DNA of 64,000 nucleotides. Source: Vitrella brassicaformis CCMP3155. Its lineage: Eukaryota > Protista > Chromerida. The stretch lies in the NCBI GenBank assembly GCA_001179505.1, contig CDMY01000482.1, positions 1 through 64,000 on the forward strand, in the 5' to 3' direction. The notes beneath the pieces are model-generated. The model did no database searches and was not told the DNA's origin. It was given only the letters and a program-made list of their open reading frames with translations. Shown here piece after piece: positions 10,852 to 23,600 of the stretch. The first letter of the stretch is position 1, and every line of letters begins with the position of its first letter. Position numbers and translations under genes: made by a program.

Positions 10852-12712
10852 ATGACGATATGGAGGAGTCAGCGAAACCTCTGTAAGGGCGTGAGGCTCC
10901 TTCAGCAAGATGTTCAAGAGCTGCTGGAAAAGCCACTGTGTCATTCTAAGGAGGAGGATGGAGATGAGGGCGAGGATGATGAGGAGCTGGAGAACATCGC
11001 GTTGTGGAGCGGCGGCCTGTGTCTGCCCTTTGATCCGGATGAGTATGTCGGGGCGGTGACCATCAAGACTGATCAAGGAGGATCTGGCGAGCGCTTCGTG
11101 GCAAGCAGGGATCTAGACGCTGGGACCCTTGTTCTCGCCGAATGCGCCATTGCAACAGGCGTCAAGGCCGTCAGCTTCTACCGCTCCCTGTACAACGACG
11201 CATCGGCGAGCGAGGCCGACTTGCCGATGGGCATCGACACTGCTGGTGTGCTATCCGCTCTCGTGGATGTCATCCTCGTGGCGGCAGAGGAGTCGACAAA
11301 GGCTCTGAGGGATGTGTTTGGTAAGCTCAAGGGTCTGTACCCCCGGACCAAGAAGGAGCTGAAGCAGCTGGGCAAATGGGAGAGCGGCGAGACGCGGGGG
11401 ATACTCGACAGGCATCTTGACAAGGAGCTGACCGATATGCTGCAGCGGATCCGTGGTCGTGTTGACATCGACGACCCTGCGAGAGAGAAGGAGCGGCTCA
11501 AGTGGGTGGTCAGCCTCAACGCTCTCGGCATGTACCAGCAGTCCGAGCAGTTCTGTTACAGCAAGGCAGGCTTCGACAAGATGGAAGCTGTCGGGTTGTT
11601 CTTCCTCGCATCCTTCTTCAATCACAGGTGACCCACACGACCAGCCACCCACCCAGAGCCGCCGGCACACGCACGTGTGTGTTGAGCGCCTTGTCTGTCT
11701 GTCTGTCTGTTTTCCTTCAGCTGCTCTCCCAATGTGTGTCGATACTCCATCAGCGAGTGGATGCTCTTCCACACAATCAAGCCTGTCAAGAAGGGCGAGC
11801 CCCTCACCATATCCTACGTCGAGGAGGAGCACCTCGAGGAGCCCCTGTGGCTGCGCCGTGCCGTCCTCGCCGAGAACGGATACCAGCGCTTCAAGTGCGT
11901 GTGCCCCAAGTGTGTGGAGCAGAGGGACGACCCGTCGCAGACAGAGGAGGGCTGTCCGGTCATGCAGCCCTTCCAGGATGGCTTTGACGAAGAGCTGCTC
12001 AAACTGCCGCCAAATCAACGACTGCAACACATACAGGTGGACACACACACCATCCCACACACAGGAAAACACACTGACGCACAAATGCCATCTCGGTAAT
12101 CTGCCGTGTCCTCAGGAGGTCAAGAGCGCAGTTGAAGAGGCCCTCCAGACCCGCCGTGTGCTGCTGTCCGACCGCATCCAGCTGAGTCTCATGGAGGGAG
12201 CGGCACACGCGCAGCTGAGGAACTTCGACGAGGCAGATCGGGCCTGGGGCAGAGCGTATGAGGTCGCCACTGAGGCCCTTCCTGACAATGACGAGCATCT
12301 AGTGGCCCTGTCGACCCTTCTCGCCTGCTGCGCTGCCTGCCTGCCGCCATCTGAGCAGAGCCACTTCATGCTGGAAACGTGGCTCGCCACAGCCGTCAGG
12401 TGAGTGAGTGGGCCGACACACATTTAGCATCAAGTGGGATACGAACGAAGCGTGTGTGTCTGTGAGTGTCTCTGCAGGATCCACAGTGTCTGTTTCGGCG
12501 GCGGCGTGCACCTGTACCGTCAGCGATATCGAGTCGAGCTGCAGCAGCTGGACAACTTTCCCCCCGACACCCATGACACCGTCCGAGAGGCCATCTCGAG
12601 TGTGTTGACGAGGCTGGAGTGCGCCGAGATGCGGCAGAGAGTGGTCGCCAGGAGGAAGCGAAAGATACTGCATCGGATGTTTGTGTGGACGAAGCGAAGG
12701 AGGCCTGCATGA
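10852..12712 (+). CDS. SMYD-like SET-domain lysine methyltransferase with C-terminal helical/TPR-like region, multi-exon; start uncertain
   Basis: GERFVASRDLDAGTLVLAE (SET-N), GLFFLASFFNH|SCSPN (NHSC motif), IKPVKKGEPLTISY and post-SET FKCVCPKC. Exons 10852-11627, 11721-12036, 12116-12399 and 12478-12712 are phase-compatible. Confidence 0.9.
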
Positions 12713-13110
12713 ATGAGATTGTAGTGTGTCGTGTTGTGTGTTGGTGGTGATGCGATCGGTGATTTGCTGGGGTGGTGCACGACTGGTGAATGCCGTTGTG
12801 TTTATTTACGAGTGTGGAAGGAACGGCTGGTGTGCAAATTGCGGTTATTTAAGTACTCGGCGCCTCGCCGGCCACCAACAGAGTGTGACGATTGGTTGAT
12901 CATAGACAGACAGACAGACAGACATTCATCATTGGGCCGGCGTTGCCAGAAGTCCTCACATACAAAACACTCCATGAGACAGACAGACACGTGCGGCAAT
13001 CAATGGCCGAAAAGGGCCTCAGCCATCCATCCAGGCCACTCACTCATTCACTGCACACACCGCCACACTATATAGAGCTCCCTTTCCACACGCACAGCCG
13101 CCCCGCCCCC

Positions 13111-14389
13111 TCAGTGCATTCCCATCTCTTTCTGTTCCTTCTGTGAGTACTTGAGCGCCTGCCTCTTCCGCAGCTCCAAATAGCCGTCGAACGGCTGCAG
13201 CAGCGATGCGGTCTTGGGCAGCGATGACGACACCGGATACTTGGTCACATCGGGGTGTGACGGCGGCCACACGACGGGGAAGGCCTTACACGTCATCTCT
13301 CCCCCCTGGCACAACGCCACATCGAAGTTGGGATACCCTCTCGCCTCGCCAGCCGGCAAATCGAAACGGGCATCCTACGACAAACAGACAACGCAACACA
13401 AACCGCCGCCACTGCAGAGCTCCCCCATCCATTTAATCATTGCCAGCCCGCCCACCCACCTCGCCCATCCAGCGTGTCGAGAAGGCCCTTCGCCGCAGCG
13501 TGTGGCTGGCGTTGGGCGGCGCCGAGTGCAGCATCTTGGCGTTGAACACCAGACAGTCACCCAGCTGCATGTCGTAGGAGAGGATGTCGTAGTCGCCTCG
13601 GTTGTTCTCGATGTCGGGCACTCTTGGCAGCAAGCCGTTCTCCATGCCGGGGTAGACCTGCCCATCTGCAAAGCGAAAAGGGGCGAATGCTTTGCCCCAC
13701 TTGTGGCTGCCCCTGACGAACTCCAGACACGTCGACTGCGGCACTGGGTCCAGAGGCAGCCTGCCGGACAGCATACACGATGAAACAGAGAGCGGCCGCG
13801 ATTCCTGCGCCCACCCACCATATTGAGCAGATCTGGTCGCCGTGAACTGCCCAATATGGCAGATCCTGATGCCACACGGTCCGCTGCGCGGTATTGGGCT
13901 CCTTGACGAAGAGGAAATCGCTGCAACCAACCAGAATGAGAGCCGGTTGAGATGTGCAGTGCACGTCAGTCATGTCGTTTAATGCACTCACTAGAAGAAG
14001 TTGCAGCGGTCGGCCCTCATGACCTGCGCCGCGATGAATGCAGCCGGCGAAGCCAACACAAAATGCTGGAAGGCTGGATACTTGCGCGAGCAGTCCATCT
14101 CACCGCAGAACCGACCTGAAAGGCAGAAAGAAAGAAGAAGAGCATGTGTGGGCCCTGACCTCTCTCCGAAACGGCAGCTCTCGCACTCACCCGCCTCGCC
14201 CTTGGGCGTGTAGACCTCCAGATCCTCATTGCGCTCGTCTCTCAGGACCTCGTCAACAGCTGTCTGGAGGTGCTCAATCCATTCCGTGCTGAACAATTGC
14301 CGCAGACACGCCACGCCATCCCTCTGGTACTCGGCAATAGCGTCGGGCGGCACGACAGGTGGATCTGCTGAGCCCTGCGGAATGGTCAT
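13111..14389 (-). CDS. Phytanoyl-CoA dioxygenase (PhyH) family Fe(II)/2-oxoglutarate dioxygenase, multi-exon; 3' end uncertain
   Basis: AEYQRDGVACLRQLF, FVKEPNTAQRTVWHQDLPYW (HxD), LPLDPV..CLEFVRGSHKW and GDCLVFNAKMLHSA (distal His). Confidence 0.9.
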
Positions 14390-14796
14390 GATGCAGATGT
14401 AAAAAAGGCTGAAATTCAGGCTTGCTCTTGACCGGCGAGATTCTCGAGAGAAAGGAGACGAAGCGCGCATTTCTTTGGAGACAGACAGTTAATTTTTCAA
14501 TTCCTCATCCATTTCCTCAGCTGCGTCCGTCTGTGTGTCTGTCACTTGCTGTGGTTCGGGTGAATGAAAGCTGAGCGCCTCTGCATCCTTCCCTCTCTCT
14601 CTGCTCAATGTCTGTCTGGTATGAGTGCGGCGTGATTGATATGGCGATGCATCCCATTCCCCACGGGCCCGGCAGTGACCACTGAGGACCGTTGGGCGAC
14701 ATTCAGGAGTGCATTGCCGCCTCCCATCTGCCTCACTCGCACCGCCACCACCACTTTCACCCCCTTTGCCACGGTAGAGCAGCCCGCGAGCCCGGC

Positions 14797-17700
14797 ATGG
14801 GGCTCCACTGCGTCCTCGTCTGTGGGTCATCCGATGCCGAGCGGGTGCGGGGGGTTCGGAACGGGTTGCGGCGTCTGAAGAGAGACGGGGATGCGGCGCT
14901 CAAGAGGAAGGACCCCACCCAGGCCATCACTGCCTACTCACGAGTCATTGAAAAGGTCAGTCAGTTGACGACACGTATGTACGGTAGAGGGAGGGGTGTA
15001 TGAGAGAGTCAAATTAATGTGGTTAACTTGTCGTGGGTCCGGTCCATGTGCGTTTAATTTGTGCAGATGCGTTGCAGTCAGGGTGACTGCGGATTGGGCA
15101 AGGAGGAATTCGAATGCCAGGCGGTCTACGTCGACAGGTAAGCACATACATACAGCCCAGCCAGTGCGGCTGGCTCCGCGATGTGTGTGACTCACACAGA
15201 TCAGATCATGGGGGGTGCGTGTGTCACACAGGGCGTTGGCGCACCACAGGAACGGCGAGTACGACAAGGCGATTGCGGACGCCAACGAGGGCCTGCAGCT
15301 CAACCCCAACTTCGCAAGGGGATTGAATACACACACTTCACACTACACACACATTGGTGCTCATGGAGGTGTGTGTCTGTGACTGTCGTGTGTGTGGTCT
15401 AGCTGTCTTTCAGGCGCATTTGCGTTTGGCGTTGGCTTACGAGGCAATGGGATGGCCTGACGTGGCCTACAAGCACCTGCCCAAGGTGTGCGAGATGGAC
15501 CCCACGCGCAGAAGCAAGTAGGTGACATGATGACTGACACTGGGCAGGGGAAAGCGTGTTGTCTGTCTACTCTGATCATCTGTCTCTCCATGGCACTGTA
15601 CAGGCACCAGGAGGACTTGGATCGGCTACTGCGTCACAAGCACTACTTGTCGCCCCTCGCCGCCCAGCTCCCCGCCCTCACAAACACCCACCCACACCAG
15701 TCCCCCCCACACCGGCAGGACGACACACAGACAAAGCACGCCCAGCTTCACGGTCACCAGCAGCAGCCAGAGCGTGACCCCCGGATCATGGAGCTGGAAA
15801 GACAAGTCGCGTGAGAAACTGACACACATGAGCACAGGAACGAATTCATATGCCATCCATTTTGCGTATGTATCTGTGTGTTTGTGTTTGGTCCATGCCA
15901 TGCAGCCACCTCAAGAGGACCAACTCCGCGCTGCAGCAGTCGATGTCGCGCGTCCGCATCGCCACACGCAACACAACGACGTAAGTCAACAACACGTCGA
16001 AGGGGCAAGGCACACACGATCATGTTGGCCGCACCGCGCACGCACTCACACGCACAAACGCACTGTAACGCAACGCACACAAAGGTCAGTAAGGTGCTCT
16101 CTCTCTCTCTGTGGTGTGGTGTGCGTTTGAGTGAGTGCAGCGGCAAGAGCAGTCCGTTCGTGGCGCTTGCGGCCTATGAAGACGCGGAGAGGGAGGCGCA
16201 GCGACTTCGCGAGGAGAAGCATGACACCAAGGACGCACTCCGGTGGGTACAGTGCAGTACACACGGCTTCGTTAGATATCTGTCTGTTTGTCTGTCTGTG
16301 CTGTTGTGTGTGTTGCGACAATGACGACTCGAGCAGGCGAGAGCAGCGAGCGGCTGCGGGAGTGCACCGAGCTTCTTGAAAGGCAATACAAGTATGTACG
16401 AATCCATCCATCCATCCATTCATCCATCCATCCACACACACACACACACATGCATGTGTGTGCGCCTGCTTTCTGCTTTCTGCAGGCGCGCCGAGAAGCT
16501 CAGGAAGCGGCGCGACGAGCTCAAGAAGAAGCTCGACGAGGTCAAGAAGAAGCTCGACGAGGTCAAGAAGAAGCTCGACGAGGCCAAGTCGGAGGGCGAG
16601 CGGGAGAAGAAGAAGTCGGCCATCTACCTCACCAACCTCGCCAAGTCAGTCAGTTGATCAGTGATTGCACAGCACTGCACAGCACACAGACAGACACAGA
16701 CAGAGAGACAGAGGTCCTGTCGATGCGATGCAATGCAATCCCATGTGTATGTATGTATGCTATTTATGTGTGCCATTCCTTGCTCGCTTCTTTGCTTGCT
16801 TGCTCGCTTGCTTGCTGCAGGCTGGATGTCAGGCACACCAACGTCCTGGCCGACCGTCAGGTGCAGTTCAAGTGTCTGCGGAAGAACAAGATGCTCCGCA
16901 GCGTCCAGGTGAGTAAGTGAGTGGGTGGCTGGCTGGCTTGGTTGGGTCAAGACAGACTCATATGTATATACTTGCTGACTCTATGCAACGCACACACCTG
17001 ACTGACTGACTGAGCTCTCTTGTCTTGTCGATCGATGTCATGTCCGTCAGACGCTGGTCGCGTCCAAGGCTCAGCTACAGCAGGATCTGGCCGACGAGAA
17101 GGCCATCCACGAGGACCTCTACGCCGCCGTCCGCCAGCAGTACTCGGCCTACGTCAAGGACGCCGAGAAGGAAATATGGCGCACCCGCGACGCATTGATG
17201 GCCACCGAAGAGTACCAGAGGCTCATGGTACGTGCAAAGTGCAGCCGCTGTGCAGATAACGAACGGAGAGAGGCTGTGCTGTGCTGTGCTGTGCTGTGCT
17301 ATGGTGCGGTGTGGTGCTGTGTGGTGTGTGTGGCGGCAGGCGGGCCTCGAGAAGAATGAGGACGGCCCAGAGTTTGTCGACTATCATGAGATGGTCCTGG
17401 CGCACCTGCTGAGCGTCTCGGGCGGCAGCCGTGTGCAGCTCGGTGTCGAGATCGAGGCAGAGCGCTTCAAGCGGGAAATGGCCGAGTGAGTGAGTGAGTC
17501 AGGGAGACAACAACCACACACCAAGACACGTAGGCATCGCATTTATTGGTTGTGGTGTGCTGTGTGTGGCCGTACGTGTCAGGCTTGAGGGCCGTGTGTA
17601 TCGTGACGCCTTGTACTCCAAGGGTGTCGAGCTGTCTGCCGAAGCCGAGGCCAAGCTGCGTCAGGTCGAGGAGAGCGTCCTCGACGTCACGTGGGGCGCC

Positions 17701-17857
17701 GAGACTATCATCGACTATCTGATCATCGAGACAGTGGTACATCGTAGACGGTACACAGGGGTTCGTTATCTGTCTATGTCGTCTGTCTCCCTTCATTGTC
17801 TCTCTGTCGTCTCTCTCGTCCGTCTGCCACCGAACACTGCAGGTGCCGACTTGTTGA
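14797..17857 (+). CDS. TPR + coiled-coil protein, many small exons; ends approximate
   Basis: TPR-like helices LKRDGDAALKRKDPTQAITAYS, ALAHHRNGEYDKAIADANEGLQLNPNFA and AHLRLALAYEAMG are followed by heptad-rich exons and a C-terminal domain RFKREMAE|LEGRVYRDALYSKG. Confidence 0.75.
16514..16582 (+). repeat. Coding 21-bp tandem repeat x3 encoding DE(L/V)KKKL heptads
   Basis: GACGAG(C/G)TCAAGAAGAAGCTC repeated three times in frame within the coiled-coil exon. Confidence 0.95.
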
Positions 17858-18650
17858 ACAAAAAGCTGAAGAAGAGAAAGTGCTCGCTTCATCTCGACAC
17901 ATAAATCTTGGACGAGACCCCCTTTGAGTCTCCGCTTCCATCGCCGTCCCCTTCGCCTATCCACACGCCCCCACTGCCACCGCTCACAGGGGCAGCAGCG
18001 AGCCGTTGGACGATCTGCTGCTCCCTGCTCCCCGCTCACCTTCTCACCAGGAGGCCGTCGTCTTCCAGACACCACACACATCGTTGTTGTGTGCTGTGCT
18101 TGGTGGCAGGGACGGTCCTCCTGTCGGATGCGTTCGGATGCTCTGGAGAGGCTGTTGGCCATCAGGCCATGCATGGCTGCCTACATTTTATATTCTATGC
18201 GTGTGTTTTCTTTAATGCTCTCCTGCCAGAGACATTGGGGTGTGTGGGGGTGACATGAATGCGCTGATCGACCCTAGCCAAAGACGTTCGTGTGCGTACG
18301 ATTCAACTCCATGGATGGACCATCAATCAACAATTCAAGACCATGCACAAGTACTCTTTAGACACATAATGCGCCGATCGATGCCCATCGTCGCGTGGAT
18401 GGATGGAGAAATATGCATCACAGACGGGGTGTGTGTGTGTGTGTGTGTATATCAAGTGAATGAATGGACCTCTATCTGTCTCCATGCTCGAACGATTTCG
18501 GTGCCATGCATGTAGCGTACGTATCCCGAGAGGCACTCTCTCCGTCCGTCCATTCACTTGTGCGAGTCAGACAGTCAGTCAGTCAGTCACATCCATCGGC
18601 ACGCCATCGCAACACGCACTCCGGTTGGCATGGTTGGACGCGTCTGAAGG

Positions 18651-18760
18651 TCATGCCGTCTCTGCCCCGTCATGCCATCTCTGCCCCGTATCGGGCATTC
18701 TGCCTATGCCTGCTCGTGCCGTCTCTGCCCCATGTCGGGCATTCTGCCTATGCCTGCTCG
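18651..18760. repeat. 44-bp tandem repeat x2 plus a partial unit
   Basis: TGCC(A/G)TCTCTGCCCC..TCGGGCATTCTGCCTATGCCTGCTCG at 18673 and 18717, with a partial unit at 18651. Confidence 0.85.
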
Positions 18761-18777
18761 GGCCGTCCCGGGCAGAA

Positions 18778-20395
18778 ATGTGCGGCGACGGATCCTCCGA
18801 GAGAAGCGGCGAGGCGAGGGAGGACTGGGATTCGCTATATGCCAAGCTGGACCGACTCTCACTGCTGCTGCTATTGCTGGACGAGACTGAGGAGTCTTGG
18901 GAGGGGCGAGTTGGGATGCTTTGGCGCGTGTGGGTGATGCAGTGGGTGTCTGGAAGGACGAGGCGGAGGGGCTGGCGCCTGCCGATATCGGCTGGCCGCT
19001 CAATTGCTCCTTTTCGAAACCTGACAAGAGAGAGAACAAAACTTTGTGGGTTTTTGCCTTTGCTGAGGGCATCGCATCGACGGGCCAGACGTCTGCTTAC
19101 GTATCAAGAGGTTCTTCAGTTGGTCCGGTGTCGTCTGACTTGCGACGTACAGGGCGTCAGAGCACAACTGGGACATCTGCAATGCAATCAGCACAGACAG
19201 CAACAGAGAGCGCCGCATTGCATTGCAGCCATCATAAGTAACCAATACGTCTTGTTTGATCGCTTGCAATGCCATCCCGTGTCAGTGCGTGTTGAATGTT
19301 CTTACCTCCATGTCACACTGGCTCCGAGTGGAGAAGTCTGCTCTTCTCGAGCGATCCCATGGCTGGAATAGGGGAGATACTGTCTCTTTTGTGAGGCAAT
19401 CGGGTGGTGAATCACTGATGCACACAGGGAAGGCCGCGCGCACAAGAGACGCCGAGATGCCTTGGGCAATTTGGCCTTGGGGGCGTGGGGGCGTCTCCGG
19501 GGGCGCGTCGCGACTTTTTTGTGATCTGCTTGTCCTTAGGCATTGTTTGAAGGAGAGCACGGACAACCGGCACGGCCAGCAGTGAGCCGCAGCCACCAAC
19601 CCCCCTGCTTCGCCCTTCCAGACGCCACACGCATCGCCAAGTCGCCCATCAGCACACCAGTTCACACACCCCCCAAGACACACTCCGCTCCCAACCCAAC
19701 AGTCAGACGTCCGCATGGGCGTGACTGAGGTAGCCGCACCGACACTTCTGCGCGAGTTTCTGCACTTTGCACTGAGACGGGGCAACCAGCGATGAAACAC
19801 AGCGCTTCATGAAGGACCTGGCCGAGTGAGCTCGAGCTCCTGACACACGCAGAGACTCGCACATTGACCAATACACGAGTTGCATTGTGGTGTGGTCTGG
19901 TGTGGTGTGGTGGTATCTGTGGTGGCAGGTTGGAGTTAGGCGTGTACCGCGAAGTCTTGCAGAGCCACAAGGTGGGTGAGTGAGGTGCTCCAAGTGCAAC
20001 CCATTATAGCCAAAGGCGAGTGGATGTGTCTCAGGCGGGTGACGAGTACCACAACTGTCTGTCCTTCTCTGAGGAGGCGAGGGAGAAACTCGATGCGCTG
20101 CAGGAGAACATCTACGGTGTCGGCCAGACCGCCACGGCCGCACAAGTGCAGCTGGCAGCCAAGGACAACACTATATGTGAGTAACCCACTGTCTGGCGTG
20201 CATGTGATGTCCGGTGCTGTTTGTGTATATTCAGCGGCCCTTGGGCAGGAGGCGAACAAAGGAGGTGACAAGCGGGTGCTCGTAAGGAGGGCGCAGCCAC
20301 CCGCCCTTCATCAGCAAGAGCAGATGGGAGACCCTGCCTTGATTTTTTATGCGAGCTCCTGCCGAGACATGGATGGACTGCAATGGATGACTTGA
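18778..20395 (+). CDS. Hypothetical multi-exon gene, paralogous to the C-terminal domain of the upstream TPR gene; 5' structure unresolved, possibly degenerate
   Basis: Exons read ETQRFMKDLAE|LELGVYREVLQSHK|AGDEYHNCLSFSEEAREKLDALQENIYGV|ALGQEANK. They share a phase-2 intron position with EAERFKREMAE|LEGRVYRDALYSK. Confidence 0.45.
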
Positions 20396-20674
20396 ATAAG
20401 TAAATGGATGGCGTTGACAGCTTGGCCTTCTGTGTGCATGGATGCGGTGCAATCACAGTGTGGAGTGGACGTGCAGGGGTGGGTGGGTGGGTTGATGAAT
20501 GATTCAACTAGGGATGGCCATCCATCAACAAGGTGGGCAAGTCCACCCCATCACATACATACACACATACACAACATACATACAACACAGTACCTTATAC
20601 ACATGTATTCTGCTGATGCACATCGCGTGTATGGATAAATGGATGGAGGCACATGCATCGAATCACCCGCCCGC

Positions 20675-23600
20675 CTAGCCCTCCACCTCTCGCATGAGTC
20701 TCTCTACCTCGCCCTCCACCCGCAGTCTCTGCCAGAACACCCCCTCCAGCACCAACAACCCTCCATCCTCTCTCTTCGCCTTGACCACATGCCGCAGCCG
20801 ACCCTCCACACACATGTGCGCCACAGGGGCGGGCGGCACCCGCACAAACTCCCGCAAATGCGATACCGCCCCGCTTCCAGTGTCCCTGCTGTATGCCTCG
20901 TGGCGATTGCCGTGCCCCGCTGCCAGGGCGTCGTAGATGGCCACCTCACCACCCATGGCAATGGTGTCCTTGGCCGCATCCAGCAGACACGTCGACAAAG
21001 AGGGGCTCTCACCCTGTGGCTGCCGTTTCTGCTGATGGCTGCTCCCCGACCCACCGGCAGCAGCAGCGGTCTTGCTGCTGGTGTTGCTGCTGGTGTCGGT
21101 CGTCTTGTGTCTTTTCACGGCCGGTGCAGGCGGGTCGGGAGGCGGCGGGGGCGCGTAGGTCAGCAGCGTCAATACGGCATCGTTGTGGAGGAGCAGGGGC
21201 AGGGTGACGCCTGATGCACTGTCCTCGAATATGCCGAGAAGGGTGAGTGCGGGGCATGGGGACACCTGCATGTTGGTCGTTGTGGTGCAGCCACCACTGC
21301 ACGAGTAGGGGAGGGGCTGCTGGGTGGTGAGGAGCCTCGCGCCGCACAGGGGACACACCGCACTAACCCTGAGAGACGACATACGCCACAACACGAGTCA
21401 CACATCTCTCTCCTACCTCGTGTCATGTTCTTCTTTCGGACCTACCTGACGGTTAGTGTGGCGATGAGCGACCCGACGAACAGGCGCACCTCACTCTCAT
21501 TGAGCGGACAGCGCGCCAGCGTCTGAGGTGCCGTCAGACCCGCCAAAGGCACACCGCCCGACAGCTTGGCCATCTCCCACACGCACCAAAGCCTCCCTTG
21601 CTCCTCGCTTGTCAGCACGGCCTTCTCGCCCCCACACACTAGCTGACCCGCAGCACCCCCGCCCGCATGCTTTCTGGCTATGAGGCCCGTTGGGGCCATG
21701 ACGTATCGATGGCGGTAGTAGCCGGGGTCGACTCGAAACACCGACGGACATGCGGCTGTCGCGTCCGCACCCGCATCATCTGGCTCCGTCCACCCCCGGG
21801 CAATCGCCTCAGTTCGTGAGGAGACCCCCAGTGCGGTGTGCCACACACACGGCGGCTTGTATGAGAGGCCACTGGCAGCGCGGGGTGAGTAAGTGATGCG
21901 GCCGACCAGGTTGAGATGCCGCTTGTAGTCGTCTTCTCTCATCCCCCCTTGTCGCTGCAGCCAGTCGACCACGAAGCCGGGCAGGTCGCGCGTGAAGGAC
22001 GATGCAGGGGGGGCGGAAGGGGCCTCGGGGTTGGGCAGAGTGTAGAAGCGGATCTTGGGGGTAGGGGCGTGCTGTTGCCTTGTGGGGGTAGTGGTGGTGA
22101 TGTGGCGCCAGGCAGCGAGGGAACGGAAGTCCCATATCTGCCCCGGCTGGATGAGGGAGAAGCGACCGAAGTGCGCCGATGGCACCCAGACGTCCAGCCA
22201 GCCGACCCCCAGCACCGATCGGCTCTCAGGGAACGCAACCCTGCCAACAGACAGACAGGAGGAGGATCCACGCCACGATGAGCAACAACGCAGACACACT
22301 GGCCGATTTGGTTCTGTGTGAAAGGTCACCTGATGATGAGACAGGGGGTCGATGTGGCTGCGTCCAGTCCATCCTCATTCTCATCGGCGAGCCGCACCAC
22401 CATGACATCGACCACCATACACCCCTCCAAGCTCACCTCGGTGAACCGACCCGTGGGCACCCTCTCCACCACCTCATGCACAGCAGACACGCTCCCCACC
22501 ACCAGCGGCGCGTAGCCGTCCAGATACTCGCGCGCCGCCATGTCCGCCAGCCGGTAGAGCAGGGATCTCGTGAAGGTGCCATTGTAGCGGTTGTCTCCAC
22601 TGCCGATTGTGAGCTGTAGATGCGGCGTGCAGAGCAATGGACACTGCGGCTGGTTGCTGGTGGGGGGCAGGGGGATGGGCAGCGGGACCATGAAGGCGCC
22701 ATTCATGGGGATGTCGGGCAGCATGGTGCTGAGGTGCAGCTGCATCGAGATGCGGGATGGGGAGAGAGAGGGTGAGGGTGAGGGTTGCTCGTTGTCGGTC
22801 CATGCGAGCACACAGAAGCACGGCGGCTGTGTGGCCCAATAGATGTGCACGGGCACATCCGTCGCCTCCCGGCCGCTCCACACATGACCCTGCCCCCTCT
22901 CCACATCAGCACTGGTCAGCCGCTGGAACACGATGACAGTCCGGCCGTCCCCCTCTCCGTGCGCCTCATCCGCCCAGCACTCCTTGTGCGTCACGAACAG
23001 CAGAACTCCGCGCATCTCCGTGTCTGGCAGCTCGAGACTCTCCTTGCCGGCTGCCATGAACGTGACGGCATCTGGTTGCGCGACCAGTCCGAGAACGCCG
23101 CTGAGGGGCCACCATGTGCCGCTCTTGTGCGTGACGGCGGGGCTGGTGGGTGGGCGGGGAGGGGCCGGGACTGCCATGACGACGCTGCACTTGTCCAGCT
23201 GAATGGCCACGGGGGGCGGCCATGTGGATCCTGGCTGCTGGTCGCCCGGTGCTGACTTCTCTCTGCCAGCACCGACAGCGGCAGCGGCAGCAGCCGCCCC
23301 GGTCTCCGTCTGCTCATCTTCCTGCAGAGCGGACTCCCCTCCGACCTTCACGCCGCCTGCCAAGGGATCTCGTCGCATACGCCGGATCCCCGACTGACCC
23401 CAGGGGACCAGTGGCGGCCTGCCATCGAAGAACAGATCCACCACGTTAACACCAGAACCACCATCAGAGAGGACCAGGGGCGTCGTCATCGAGCTGTCGC
23501 TGAGGAAAGTGACCTTGCCGCTGAGACCGCCACGCCAGTCGTGCTGGACCACTAGCACACTCTCGGGCGCGCCGTCCCGGCCATCTCCTTTCTCGGTGAT

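Noticed and set aside
16514-16582. Short regular repeats as a CRISPR array
   Set aside because: Units are contiguous with no spacers, in frame and coding, in a eukaryotic locus with no cas genes.
17908-18258. Open frame continuing after TAA at 17902 as stop readthrough
   Set aside because: Available donors are phase 0 and end the TPR gene at 17857 (VPTC*), so this frame is probably 3' UTR.
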